A stretch of DNA of 63,142 nt, filler included, from Octopus bimaculoides (taxonomy: Eukaryota): assembly GCF_001194135.2 (NCBI RefSeq). It is 10 parts of 10 records of this genome, joined end to end, with 100 filler letters (N's around TTAATTAATTAA, not from the genome) between each part and the next. Parts side by side here need not be neighbours in the genome. Positions count along the whole stretch, not along the records: positions 9,214 to 23,763 come from NC_069000.1; positions 23,864 to 34,450 come from NC_069004.1; 8 more parts are not named here. One strand, written 5' to 3'. Of the stretch, positions 13,810 through 28,447 are shown in pieces. The translations under genes were made by a program, and so were the position numbers. The notes under the pieces were generated by a model, which was not told the origin of the DNA, made no database searches, and worked only from the letters and a program-made list of their open reading frames with translations. The stretch's first letter is position 1. Every line of letters begins with the position of its first letter.

Positions 13810-14303
13810 CACCACTGGATTAATTATTAAGCAAAATAAGCACATGCTTAGGGCATCGCGGGAAGCGGAGGCACCACAGAAATGGTAAATTGTTTACGGC
13901 ACAAAACAAATCGCATTAAACTTGCTACAATAATAACTGGTTTGTATGCCCGGAAATATAATTTCAGTGTGTTCATGGCGAGGATCTGATCAAAGACTTT
14001 GCAATATAAAAGCAGCAGAAAATTTTTCAAACATATATATGAAGTGTAAGTGTACAAAAATTAACATTATTTACCATCTTACTGTTAGTTCTATCTTATT
14101 TAAAAAAAAAATTATCATATGGCTATTGCTGTTTATATATTGACTTACGTATACATGGGGGAACCAAAATCTTTAAACTGCTTACTATATCCTTTGCGTC
14201 GGAAATCTGCAATGGCTCCAAAACTACCGTCTCGGCTATAATCTTGGAGCACCAGTAATATGTTACAGCACTTACCTAGCGTAGCTAATCGTTCAGATCA
14301 CCT

Positions 14304-14337
<34 letters not shown>

Positions 14338-14614
14338 TACACATACACACGCAAAGAAATGGAAGAGAGAGAGATATGTGGGACTATGGTACGTAACTGC
14401 TGAAACAGTTTTATAATAGAGACCTTACAACGAACATTCATTTAAAAGGAATCCGTGGCTAACGATTTCTCGTAGTAGCGCAGGTCCTCAATTTTGCACC
14501 GGATGTGTGTAGTCATGTAAATCAATAGACAACAAAAGTAAGTGCTTCCTGTCTGCTTATCGCCTGCAGCAAAAGAAGTCAATATCGGCTGCAATAGGAT
14601 TTCAAAACAAAAGG

Positions 14615-14651
<37 letters not shown>

Positions 14652-16372
14652 AGAAAACGAAACAGAGAAAACGAAACAAAAGAATCATTTCTTTATTTAT
14701 CGATGTTCGTTTCATAATGCATATAACGGACAATCGTTTCGTTGGTTAAAGTTTTTCCATTGAGCTAATCAGTTTTGCTGCGTATAACAAGTTACCGTCT
14801 CTTTGACTTGGACGGAAAGCTTACTGCATCCATTTATTCTTACAGGCAAACGCTTTTTACATCGCCAGGGTGTTATCGATCCAATATATAGACTTATACA
14901 CACGCACACAAACACATGCACATATACATACACGCACTAAAATACATACAAGCACACATGCATACGCACAGGAACACATACACACATGTATATACACACA
15001 CAGATACACACCTTCATTCACACGCAAGCACAAACATACACACGTAATTATATGATTTCAATGGAAGAAGAATTCGTCTTCTGTGGCAGCCATTACGGCC
15101 GTGTGAGACTTTTCTGATTTAAATGCACGTCACTGCCTCTCTGAGTTACTTCCCTTTGCTCATTTTTATTTTATTTCTGCAAATATACACTGGTTCATAT
15201 GACCAACTGTCTTTTGTGCATATCTAAGTTTCTCGTAGAGTGGAATTAAGATTGGACACACCACTGTGCTGGTGATGCTTTGACTACTGCCTTGCGAGTC
15301 AATATGGTGGACGGAAACTTTTAGGGGAGACGGAAGTATACACACACACACACACACACACACACATATGTGTGTGTGTGTATGAGTGTGTATGTATATA
15401 TGCATGTGTGCATGTATGCATGTGTGTATGTGTGTGTATGTATGCGTGACTACACGTATGTATTTGTGTGTGTGACTGTGTCTGTTTGTGTCTTTGTGTG
15501 TTACCCCCCCCCCCCGCTAGCACCACCACTTGACAATTTCTTTTGTTTTGTTTATGTCTACGTAACATAGCGGTTCGATAAGAGCACCCGATAAATTAAA
15601 TACTATTCAGTAAAATATGTATTGGAGCTAGTCTGTTCGTCTAAAACACTTCGAGGTGGTGTTCCAGCAGTAGCGAAGTCCAGTGACTGATACAAATAAA
15701 AAAGATAAAACATGAAATCACGTGACTAATATATTGGAAATTATTAAGTTTCTGAAAATCAATTTCATCCGCAATTTCTCACAACATTAAAATATAATTT
15801 TAACTTTATTAAAAGAAATATCCATCAACGTAACTGGTGACTTGAAACTTAAACAACTTTTAAATTAATTATATTTTATCATATTTCTTATTAAATTCCT
15901 GTTTCACTCTCTCCAGGTGTTTTCACATGTTTTATAAAAGATATTTTGCGGCAATTATCCGAACGTATTTGAAAGGACATAAGCGGAAATTTTGCAAATA
16001 TAAAAGTTTATTACGATAATGTTAAATAGATTAGAGAACACATTTGTTTAATGGAAACATTTTTCAATTTGTTGATGATAGATTAAAAAATAAAAGTATG
16101 TAACAGCACTTTCCATATTTACAGGTGGCTGTGTAGTCGAGAAACATTATTGAAATTGTACGAGATAGAAAAGAAAAAAAAAATTAGCAAGCGTTGTTGA
16201 GATGAACGAACCAGATGCAAATGGCTGAAACGAATGATATCAATCAGCTTGTAGCAGCGTTCTACTTTGCTTTCGCGGTCCCTCATAGATTCTATAGTTT
16301 ATAGACTTAACTACCAACAAGTCTATCAATCCGTTTTGGAATAACGTGTTACTGAGTTTACTTGTTAATTAT

Positions 16373-16590
16373 TATTTCTACTATAGGCAGAAGACCTTGA
16401 ACATTTTTGGGGAAGGGGGCTAGTCGATTATATCGACCTCTGTGCGTAACTGGTACTTATTTCGTCGATCCCGAAAGGATGAAAGGCAAAGTCAACCTCG
16501 GCGGAATTTGAACTCAGAACGTAACGGCAGACGAAATAGCGCTAAGCATTTCGCCCGACGTGCTAACGATTCTGCCAGCTCGCAGCCTTT
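16373..16590 (-). mobile_element. tRNA-derived SINE family A, full copy with 14-bp target-site duplication
   Basis: The minus strand has ggctgcgagctggcagaatcgttagcacg...gagttcaaattccgccgagg (B box)...ggatcgacgaaataagtaccagttacgcac. The TSD tacttgttaattat is at 16359-16372 and 16594-16607. Confidence 0.85.
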
Positions 16591-17699
16591 TTCTACTTGT
16601 TAATTATATTAGAGAACACTGCCTATGCATGATTCGATCGAACGACTACTAAACCACCATCTTCACTGTAGGGTGACATCTTGTCATGTGGAGAATGAGG
16701 GGTGGGGGAACAACCCGATAGTACAAATGATAATATTATCCATAACAGCTGAGGAACTGAAGACACGACGCCATTGCCCAACCATCAATCCGACAAATTG
16801 TACAGGAAGGCTCTCTTAAGTTCTCAGGGCGATTCAGATGGACACAGAATGTGACAAAGTTGAGGCCTTTCAAATATAGACACAACTAATCTTTGCCAGC
16901 TGAGTGGTCTGGACGGACATGAATTAAAGCCTCTTGCTTAAGGACGCAACACGCCGCCGGAAATTGAACTCATGACTTTACAATCCTGAGTTAATTACCC
17001 AAACTACTAAGCCACACACTTTAACAAACATAGATTCAGCGCTGACTCTTCCCCCGTCGAGTATGGTATCACCGTGTATGATTTTCAGACACGATATATT
17101 AAAAACATTTATGACACGTAATCTAAAACTTTGCCGCTAGAACTGTGCTAAAACGACCGAGTTGATCTGAGTTTAGATTTGTTAATGTTTTATGCATTAA
17201 ATAAGTTTCCATCCATTTTAGTAAAATACGAGAGAGCTGTCAACATTTTATATTCACATTAGAGTTAATTACAAATAAATATAGAAAGTCAAACGAAGAC
17301 TTAATACATATTAATAGAATGTTTAAATATTCATCTACTATCATAAAAAAAACAAACAAAACAAATAACCACTCACCATCATTAGGAAAGTAATAAACAA
17401 TATGATTTTCTTTTTAAATTATTCAATATCGTGATACAGTATGATTAATGTGCTGAGAGAAACACTAGTTTATTATAAATGGTAACAAATATATAATGGA
17501 AAAATAAGAAAAAGTACGAAGAAAAACAAAATTAAAAAGCAAAAACAATGACATCTGATTAAAGTATTGCTTTTATATGCATGGAATGGAGACATTACAA
17601 GTTAATCTCTATCGATAGTCTCCTTATAGATAACAATGGAAAAAGTATTCTGTTTTACCTTGATTATTTATAAAGAATTTTAGTCACTACACCTTAGTT

Positions 17700-18030
17700 T
17701 CCATCCCTCGCTCCACATGGAATACTGAGTGATCAGAGCCTCGCCCTTGCATTGTTGCAAGTCTTGTCATAACCCTAATTCAGGGTCTCATTTCTGCCAG
17801 GAACTCATCTCCAATCCTCTAACAGTTACTGATACGTCTACCTCCTCTCCTAAACACCCTGTCTCTTCCACTGCAGTGAAACTTTCATTGGTCACTCCAT
17901 GGACAGAAACATCACATGAATAAGTACTTTCCGTAGTCTCATGGTGATGATGTCTCGAAGCTTCTTCAAACCGATTCCTTCCATAGCATATCCATTTGTG
18001 ATGTGCTTGCTTCAATAGATTCCTAGTACA
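17700..18030 (-). mobile_element. Decayed RTE-like LINE 3' end
   Basis: KLRDIITMRLRKVLIHVMFL..PMKVSLQWKRQG / RRGGRR...LAEM...RLA resembles the RTE C-terminal RRLRW.GHV.R...L.W.P.G.R.RGRP pattern. Confidence 0.4.
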
Positions 18031-18933
18031 AAATACTAAGGCAATGTTTGTAAAACGCCTGTATGTTTTATAGATTCTGCTGACCTTTTTTCATCTCTCG
18101 TAGGCGAAGTAGCGCTGGCGACATAACAATGACTGTATACAGGCTGTGTTTATGTCTTCAGTTGATGGAAGTGCTAGACTAATCCGGCTTTCAGTGCTCG
18201 CCGACCGCCTGGGTCACTTTACCAAATCTACGGTAATGCAAGAGAAGAACACGAACTACAGCTAGAGGATCTGAAGTGTGGTTCTTCGGATTAGCAACAG
18301 AGTGGCGAAAGTGGTGATTATTAGTGACATACAGCAGCACAGAGCCCAAGCGGATGGCTAAATTCCGGAATATGAACAAATACTCGGCAAAATAGAAACT
18401 TTTAATTGATATAACATGTATTTGCTGTATTAGAAATGTTAGGTCTTAAAATATCTAATGGTTATTTCTAATATGTAACATAGGCAAACCCGCCATCTCA
18501 CAAGTCAATTCGTTTCTTAAGTCCATAGAAGAATCTGACCTTTCTTCGTTACGTCACCCCAATTTCATCATTGAGTAAATAATTGAAATATGGTAATGTG
18601 CGTGTAGTGTAAATGAGAGAGAAAGAGAGTGTATTGTTGGACAAGGAGAAGAAAGGCATATTGTGGTGATAATTACTTAGGCACTGTCCTTTGTGGAATT
18701 TACGTCTGCTGGTGGCCTCAACTCTGACCCAAACACTCTATTATGGATTGAAAAAGATGATTAATTTTTTTTTTATAAGAAACCGCTTTGCAGGCCACAT
18801 TGTTTCAGCTTTATTCAAAATGAGCAGGGTTTTGGGCAAGTATCTTCTACTAAAGACCGTGGCCGACTAATGCAGCTGAGGGAATCTGGTAGACGGAAAC
18901 TGTGTAGAAGTCCGTCCTGCAATTATACATACA

Positions 18934-18964
<31 letters not shown>

Positions 18965-19523
18965 GAGTGAGTGAGTTTGTGTGTGTGTGCGCGCGCGCGC
19001 GCGCGTGAGTGTGAGTGTGTGTGTGTGTGTTTTTGTGTTGGTACATAATTTTGTCTTACTAATGGTAACAAAAATCGAAAACTAATGAACCTCAAGTTCT
19101 GATTCGTTAATCGTGACTCCCAACACACGATTTATATATGCTTGGAGTAATAATCATAAATTCTGTCGTGTTCGTAGGATTTATTTCCCCACAACTAATG
19201 AGAAAAATTTATCTTTGACATTTGTCTCATAATACATAAACCATAAGTCATTGCTAGTATGAATTTCAGATCTTCATTTGCTATTGCTTAAAGTAGTAGG
19301 GAGGATACAGAATATGTCACCGCCAACGCCATACTTCAAATGTAATTATCTCTACAACTTAACAATGTGAAAGGAGACAAACTTGGGGGTTATTTATTAT
19401 AGTAATTAAAAATAATTATGCGTAAATTCTTAATTACACGTGCAAAGATTGAACAAGAACAGAAAGCCAAGGCGTAACACAATTATGCACGCACACACAC
19501 ATGCAGACATACAGACGCATGCA

Positions 19524-19554
<31 letters not shown>

Positions 19555-20754
19555 TGATACATACACTTATACAGAAGTATAGAGATAGATAGAAATATGG
19601 ACAGATAGATAGATAGATAGATAAACGGACAGAGTAGATAGATTTTTCCTGTAATTCTCAGAATCAAACGATATTTCGCATCCTCATCTATCTATTGCTA
19701 TAATTGAACTTAAGGAAACTAAAAGAAAAAAAAAAGCTCTTGGTTTCCTTCATAATATTAAAACGTGGCGAAAATCATATATCGATAGGTATACAAAACA
19801 ATATATTGTGCAGTATATGTTTACTATATAATATGACTATAGTGGAGGCGCAATGGTCCAGTGGCTAGGGTACCGGAAACATCTATAAAACTAGTTTTTA
19901 AACATTGCATGGCTATGGGAAGTCTACCAAAATAAAAAAGAATGAAAGTGATGCATACATAAAATATGTTTCAGAACCCCCGACCTAAATGAACGTCCTT
20001 AAAAAACTCCGAGTAACGTCGGTTGACTTCATGGACAGAGAATGACTATCGAAAGATCAACAATACTTATTTGGCAAATGTGCCATCATTTGTATTACTT
20101 GTCCATCAGTGAACCGCGTCATAACAATTTCTAATAGCTTTGCGGGCGCAACTCTCAAACTCCCATTCGTAGCTGGGCGAGTGATTGGCGGTTTCGAAAT
20201 TCAGTAAGTAATTGATCAGCAAATTATTATTTGGCATGTGGACAATTATATTCTTAATTTTTAATAAAAGAATGGAACTATTAAATTCGGTAAGAACTTT
20301 AATGCTTTTGTTTTCCCTTTAATGAGGTATAATAAAAATAGAGAAAAGGAAAACAGCAGCAACAACAAAGCAACACAAGTCTAAATTAATATAACATGAA
20401 TTATCTTTGAAATAAATGTTGTTTGGAAAATTAAATTTCCTAACGATATATGTTGGATTTATTTCTCGGCAAAGATGGGAAGATTTATAACGATTCTAAA
20501 TTTGTACGAGTTCATGTGAGATTTACATTTCTAATAAAACAAACACAGCATGTTATCAAATGAAAACAAGAAATCTCTCTAGATATAATTCCTAAAGAGC
20601 ATATTATCTTAAGGATTAACGTATTTGACGTAATGACAAGCGTACCATTAGGTCTTTTTTTCTGCATTCGTTTAAATATTTCAGCACAATTTTAATTATA
20701 TGGAGATACAGTTGATAATACCATAAGTTGTCCCCCCTTTTCTCTCTCTCTCTC

Positions 20755-20788
<34 letters not shown>

Positions 20789-21136
20789 CGTCTATCGGTA
20801 TTAGAGATAAATCATTGTTCTTCTACATTGTAATAATTATACGAAACCATTTATAGTACGCAACTACAATAGCGATTTACAATACTAGGGACAGACAATA
20901 TTAAAATAAATGCATACGAATATATATATAAGGCTTCATGTATATCAGAATTGTTTACTCGCTTCCAACAGTGCAGTCAAACACACATTACACTCCTCAG
21001 GGCATTTATAAGGATGGCGGTTGTGATTGTAGGTAAAACAATGACAAAGTGGCATATTTTAGAATTTCATTCAAATGCAACCGAGATAAAATTTGCGTGG
21101 CTAATATCTATAAACGTCATCTCTGTTGACAGAGAC

Positions 21137-21235
<99 letters not shown>

Positions 21236-21611
21236 TATTCATTTATACATATAAATAAGTGTATATATATATATATATATATTATTTGTGCCTGCCTACC
21301 TACATATATATATATACTTAGGCACATGTAATTTATGTTTCCAAGTATCTATCTGTCTATCTATTTATCTATCCATCGCTATACAAGGTTTATTTGAAAA
21401 AGTAATAAATGACACACACGTCCGCGTCAATAAAACTCACACACACATACGTGCATAGAAAATCAGAAGAATGAAACAAACGTATTTCACACATGCGCAG
21501 CATGCAAAAGATACACCCACAACATCAGCATAACTTTAAAAAATGAAGAAAAAGATATACATGTATATCTACACACATAATATGCACTTGCATATGCATA
21601 TACTTATATAC

Positions 21612-21645
<34 letters not shown>

Positions 21646-22034
21646 CTGCGTCTGAGTCTCTGTGTGTGTCTGACCGTATGTGTGCTTTTGTGTTTGTATG
21701 TTTTTATACGGACCCAAAGAACAGGCAAACACACGCACCCACGCACACACACAAGTGAATAGTAGTCCTCTTCCACCCGAAACAAGATACATCGCACAGC
21801 TATATCAGACACAGAAATTCACATACAACAACAGTAAATAAGAAATGGTTAGGCGTGGCTGTGTGATAAGAAACTTGCTTCCGAACAACATGGTTCCGGG
21901 TTCAGTCCCACTGCTCGCATACATTCTGGCGTTTCCTAAAAGTTTTGAGGTTATAGTCTTCGTGGTAAGGCGTTTTAGTGTCTTCTAGTATATTAGGAAT
22001 CCACCTTGGTGGATATTCCTCTTATTTATATATG

Positions 22035-22071
<37 letters not shown>

Positions 22072-23647
22072 CACATACATATTTATGTATATTATTCTTA
22101 AACAAGTATTGCCAGTATGTGTGAAAGTATTCATAATCTGAATGCATATATAAATGTGTGTGTGTGTGTGTTTCATGTATACATGTATGTAAGTCTGTAT
22201 GCTAATTGGTAAGTAGTGTTTTGTTCCAGGGGGACAATAATCAGACGATGTTAGTTGATAAGATCTTTCGACATGGTCAAATGTTACAACAATAATAGGC
22301 TCTCATCTCCTCGTCTTCTACTTCCCACAACTTTTCCTTCCTTCCGCCACGAGTAACGTGAAATAACAGCCGCACCAGCACCAGCACCAGCACTACCAGC
22401 CTACACAGATATTCACAATGCGTCTGTGTTCGTACACGCGTGTATGCGTTTGTGTATATACTTTTAATGACATTTTGTGTCTGTGTGAAGCACCGCTGAT
22501 AGAAAATATCTATTGTCTACTTTTTTCCTCTCCTGAAATATGTTAACGCTCCTGTAAACTAATAAGTTAAAACAAAACTTGATTGAATTCTATCAAATTT
22601 CAAACAACACAAGATTTCTGATAGGCTCTGTTATTGGCAAATCAATCACGGATAATGAGTAACGTGTGAGATTTATATCACAAATGCGCATCCTGTGAAT
22701 ACAATAAAAAGACAGAGAACAGACATTAAAATTTCTTCTTTGTATGTTTAATTTTCCTATATAATATACGTTCATTTAATGTATGAAATTACAGCACCGA
22801 TCACTTTACGTGATCGATAACACATCAGATAAGTCAGTTCCAACAACATGGACACGATAATTTGTAAAACCTGACTATCACTCTATCATTTGCTAAATTA
22901 GCTGAGTGTAAGAAAGATTACATCGTAAATTGAACTATATATATATGTATCAGGCATTATTCGCTAAATTTAACAGATGATAAGTCCATAATTTCATATT
23001 AAAGCGTATAATACGATAATACCATTTTCAAATAAATTGATCGCCATCGAGGAAAATCGATGTCTGCGAGAGGAATGTTTGCAGCAAAGCTTGAAAAATA
23101 TATTGAAGGTGATATTAACTTAACAACGTCAATAATAACCAATCAGTGGAATGTAGACAAATTCCATCGCGTTGTTGTAGCGCTATATAATGACTATTCT
23201 TAGATACAAGGAATTTAATAACTTGGCATTATTCTGAAGATTGGTACTATAAAAATTGGAGAAGGGGATGGTGAGGTGGTAAAGAACATAACTCGATATG
23301 TTGATGCTATGAACAAAAATCGAAGAATATAATAGCGGAAAATTAAAGAAGAAAAAAAGGAAACATTCATACACTACCTAGTTTTATTGATTCATATACA
23401 TGCTGTCGAAAGGCCACGTTTTCAGCTGTTTTGCACAAACGCCCCCATTCAAACTTATAGAATCATCATCGCCCACTTACACCAGATTCCTGTCAAACGG
23501 ACGATATTCCCATGATAATTTAATCATTTTGTCATATTCATTTCAGGCCCGCCCTCAACTTTTCAAGAACGGTACCACGTAGGCGTTGCAGTGCCCTTCA
23601 ATAAACAATAGTTTTGGAAATTATATATGCATATATATAATTATGTG

Positions 23648-23686
<39 letters not shown>

Positions 23687-23714
23687 TCACAAACACACAC
23701 ACACATATATGCAC

Positions 23715-23763
<49 letters not shown>

Positions 23764-24967
23764 NNNNNNNNNNNNNNNNNNNNNNNNNNNNNNNNNNNNN
23801 NNNNNNNTTAATTAATTAANNNNNNNNNNNNNNNNNNNNNNNNNNNNNNNNNNNNNNNNNNNNAAATGGAACCAGCAGGGGGGCACTTTCACAAACCCTT
23901 CATAAAACACTCCTTCAACACCCACTACTTCCCAACTCCATTCTCAATCAATTATCTTGTTTTTATCATTCACTATTTTCTTTCAGCTCTTGTTCCTCAA
24001 CGTTCCTTCACTCCCACTCTAATTAACAAACCCCAACCCCCCACCCCAGACACAACTAAATCTCTTATATATAGAATCACATAACATAACACAATCTGGG
24101 ATCAGTTTGACAATCGCCACTGACGAATGTGAGAAAGTTCTCCAGTAAAACTTAACAAGGAATCTTTAAAAAAATCTCCCCACCGAAGTTAACAAAGAAC
24201 TTACTAGATCTACAAACCAAACTAAAATTATATTATTAAAAAATTAAATTGATTAAAACTACCAGTGAAGTCATTCTTTTCCTTTTTCAAATATACCTAA
24301 ATGTACCAAGGATTTCACACATTTTCCAATATGTGTGTGTGTGTGTGGAGGCAATAATGCGTATAAGCAAATTAGATACATTAAACATATCAAATATAAA
24401 AGTGAAGATATGAAATGTAAAATACCCTATCAATTAAATTTGATAAATCTAATGTATCTAATTTGTTTATCGTATAATTGTCTCTGTTTCAACTCAACTT
24501 GATAACCGTTGTAGCTATTCTTTACCTTGTGGAATCGATCCCCTGTAAAGTCAACGGAGTTTAAGTTTGAATCTTTTGAGCACTACTGTTTTCTATACAG
24601 AGAATCTCTCACTCTCATCTGTGGACTGTGTATGTATAATATAACCAATGGAAAATGGAATTAGCAATCCTTTTATTTCATTGATTTATAATCGTTTTGT
24701 CGAAATTCGATCTCATCAGCATTTCTACATTATTATGCAATACTGTATGTAAGCATTGATACATGGAGTGTCGTAGATACAAAATCGAAGATCAGTTTTT
24801 CGGAATCATGTCTTCAGATCATCGGTATTATTCGTTCATTGCAATCAACAAAGTCTTTCTTGTAAAGTTTAAAGTTTTCGCCACCGCATAATCAATCACT
24901 AACACAAAATGTGGGGAAAACAACACGTCTCCCTAAATCACGCCAGAGTTCCATCCATTCATCATTT

Positions 24968-25072
<105 letters not shown>

Positions 25073-25207
25073 ACTTCTCTTCTTTTAATTTTGTTTCCAT
25101 TTCATGTCGAATGACTTCCCGACTCCTAAGGCAAAGAAATTCATTGTATACATTGGTAGGACATTAAATTGAAAACACCAGATTGTTCATTTTCAAGATT
25201 ATTATTA

Positions 25208-25277
<70 letters not shown>

Positions 25278-25729
25278 GGCGGCGAGCTGGCACGCTGAAC
25301 GAAAAGCTTAGCGGTATTTCGCCCGTCGCTACGTTCTGAATTCAAATTCCGCCGAGGTCGACTTTGCCTAACGATTCTACCAGGTCACCACCTTAATAAT
25401 AATTCCTGTCTTCAACCCTTGGGAATTTTGCGCTTCTTCGAGATATAATAAAACACAACTGATGGTATGATTCCACCAGCTTCTACCGTTTCATATGGGA
25501 GTCAGTCCACAGACGATGTTTATAGTTCTTTCATTATGTTGTACCTTTTGTGACTTCAGCCAGTGTGATTTTTCCCGCGACGTGAGAGAAGAAGAATATT
25601 TTCTTTATTCTACAGAGCTCGAACTTCTTTAAAATCTATCCATTTTCAAACAGCAATTTCCCTGCTGTGTTTCCTCTAGTACACAGCTCTCAACTACAGC
25701 TTCTGTTGAGTGATAAATTTAATTTCGAG

Positions 25730-26120
25730 AAAATGGGAACTAATGAAGATATAAGAGAGAAGTGTGATATATGAATGTAGATTTGTTGTTCTAAAGATAT
25801 TAACGAAAGGAAAAGAAAAGAGAAGGACGTGTATTTGACGTGTAATGATGCTGAAGAGATTTTAGAACAAGCACTAAATTATAATATGTGGAAACAGAAG
25901 AACTAAGACAAAAAGATGGATTACAAATGAAACTAGGAACCGAGAGAAAAGGGAAGATGTTAAAACTTCAAGTGTGAAATTGTAGGAATTTGTGATTAGA
26001 TTACAGGTTTTAAGAATCGACTGTAGAAGCTTAGAAACGAAATAAGATGCGATGAGTGTGGTGAGAATCGCATGGACGACACTGGAGATAAGACTAACTT
26101 AAATGAAGAGGGTAGGGCGA
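25730..26120 (+). mobile_element. Possible LINE EN-RT linker relic
   Basis: The purine-rich, coding-like stretch includes RWITNETRNREKRED, similar to the WIT.ET...I.ER motif of RTE-type ORFs. The match is very degenerate. Confidence 0.3.
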
Positions 26121-26151
26121 GAAAAATATTTATTGAATTATATATGTATTA

Positions 26152-26203
<52 letters not shown>

Positions 26204-26392
26204 TATATATACATGTATATATAAAATAAACGGAAGTGAAGAGCAAAGGGATATATGTACGCGCATGTGAATACATATGTGTGCATACATGTTTGCATAT
26301 GCATACGTACATATATATATATATACACACATAAAGAGAGAGACAGAAAGACAGAAATGTAAATGCATATATACGTTAAACACGCACACGTA

Positions 26393-26423
<31 letters not shown>

Positions 26424-27160
26424 GGAATAGACAAATAGTAAGAATTTGTTAAATCCGAAACTAGTTCCTGTTTAATAATGCTTTTTTAGGTGATTTTAAA
26501 TGTCTTGCCGGCTCACATTTTTGGTATGCTGCTATATTTCATGTTAAGAACAATTTAGGTCTTAATAGACACAAGATGTGATCTATTTCTAGCGCATTAA
26601 TTGTCCACGTTAGTGGTCGACGTTATTTTTTAAAATGTACCTTAATCCCCTGAGATTGCAGATAATATTTCTGAATCTCTTTGATTCTTTAGATGTGCTG
26701 GCCTCCTGATAATTAATCGATTTTAATTAATATATGACTAATTACCAGATTTTATAANNNNNNNNNNNNNNNNNNNNNNNNNNNNNNNNNNNNNNNNNNN
26801 NNNNNNNNNNNNNNNNNNNNNNNNNNNNNNNNNNNNNNNNNNNNNNNNNNNNNNNNNNNNNNNNNNNNNNNNNNNNNNNNNNNNNNNNNNNNNNNNNNNN
26901 NNNNNNNNNNNNNNNNNNNNNNNNNNNNNNNNNNNNNNNNNNNNNNNNNNNNNNNNNNNNNNNNNNNNNNNNNNNNNNNNNNNNNNNNNNNNNNNNNNNN
27001 NNNNNNNNNNNNNNNNNNNNNNNNNNNNNNNNNNNNNNNNNNNNNNNNNNNNNNNNNNNNNNNNNNNNNNNNNNNNNNNNNNNNNNNNNNNNNNNNNNNN
27101 NNNNNNNNNNNNNNNNNNNNNNNNNNNNNNNNNNNNNNNNNNNNNNNNNNNNNNNNNNNN

Positions 27161-27223
27161 CACCACATACCGAAGTTCAGAAATTGCACTTTAGCTGCTA
27201 TTTCTGAACTTCGGTATGTGGTG
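27161..27223. repeat. 63-nt hairpin with a perfect 24-bp stem
   Basis: caccacataccgaagttcagaaat-tgcactttagctgct-atttctgaacttcggtatgtggtg; it begins at the first base after an N gap. Confidence 0.8.
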
Positions 27224-27555
27224 AAGCAACTGTTGCTGATCCCTTAATTATGTTTTTTATATATATATATATACATATATATTATATATATATGTGCGTG
27301 CATGTGTGTGCGTGTGTGTACATGTACGTATGTTTGGGTGTGTGTTTGTGTGTGCGTTCGTGCTTGTGCGTTCGTGCTTGTGCGCGTGCGCGTGTATATG
27401 CGCGCGAGCGTGTGTGTAGCATTGAATTAAGGTATTAAAATGGTATTACGTATTCTGTATCGCTAGTGAAGACAGATTTTAGATAAGTTTTCCCTATAAC
27501 TGATAACATTTTGTAAACCAAGAAAATTCAATTAGATAAAAACTCACTCTCCCTT

Positions 27556-27590
<35 letters not shown>

Positions 27591-27739
27591 AACTTTTTAT
27601 ATCTCTATATCTCTCCCCCTCTCACTCTTTCCCCCTATACATGAGCACGTATTTTTATGTGTTATGTATTTGTGTGTACATATTCCCTGTGTATATATTT
27701 CCTTCCGAAATTAAATTTTATGCATAAAAGTATTGAGTG

Positions 27740-28040
27740 ATTTTTCACTTAGTGTATGGCCCAATTTATAAATGATCGCACTTAAGGGACATCAAAAGCA
27801 TTGATAAAAAAACGGCCACTAAGTTGACTAGCTATGTATGGGATCTGAAGGCCAAATCTACACCGCATACAACCATATATAAATATATAAATTGTTCAAA
27901 GATATGCAAGTTATACGTAGCTGAAAGATCACACATTCTTTTCAGGTCCAAGAATTCTACCACACTCCTTAATAATTCCAGATCCGAAATTATAAGTAAA
28001 TGTAAGCACATGGGCAGGTTACGCTTGTTGAACTGGAGGA
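27740..28040 (+). mobile_element. Penelope-like element GIY-YIG endonuclease C-terminal relic
   Basis: TKLTSYVWDLK...YINCSKICKLYVAERSHIL...LLNNSRSEIISKCKHMGRLRL resembles the PLE C-terminal pattern LSKYIWDLK...C.LCL.EK...LNKRSEIISKCRH. Confidence 0.75.
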
Positions 28041-28415
28041 CACTACCTGCTCCGAACTGACTAGCTATATCACAGACTGTGGTCTCCTTTCTGTTATGTT
28101 ATTCTGCACCAGCTGCATTAATTATGATTTCTACAGTTAAAGATATTGGTTTTCTTAATTTGCTTTTCTTTTTGCATCAACCTTCTCCGCGTTTTTTTTT
28201 TTTTTCCTATCGTCTTTTATCATATTTCCTCATAGACTGGCGTCCTGGTTTTCAAATACATCTAATTTTATGAACTGAACCTGAAAGATTGCTTAGAGAT
28301 ACGTATCATGTTATATAAATCTGCTAATTTAATGCATCTTGATGCACGAAACTATTAGTAGCTCTTTCGTAATTGTGCTTATCAAGTGACCTACATATAT
28401 GATATGCATACATGC

Positions 28416-28447
<32 letters not shown>

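Noticed and set aside
14260-14545. Strong donor-like sites (AG|GTAAGT on minus at ~14275, AA|GTAAGT on plus at ~14540) and a similar one at ~20205
   Set aside because: The plus candidate exon at ~14540 has stops in all frames, and the others lack a good acceptor or recognisable product. None can be supported without RNA data.
23470-23605. Kinase-like HGNIVRLTGIW on the minus strand, and a candidate plus-strand exon [20 protein letters not shown]
   Set aside because: The minus frame has a stop four codons upstream and no acceptor. The plus candidate has no supporting homology.
24685-24725. CTGATGA on the minus strand as another hammerhead
   Set aside because: It is followed by AAAAC rather than GAAAC, and no stem I partner exists. 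The CTGATGA at ~47686 fails in the same way (no stem II).
28270-28310. Hammerhead expected downstream of the Penelope endonuclease relic; also a half motif at ~60840-60880
   Set aside because: Only CTGAAAGA or GAAATAGC fragments remain, and the core and stems cannot be reconstructed.
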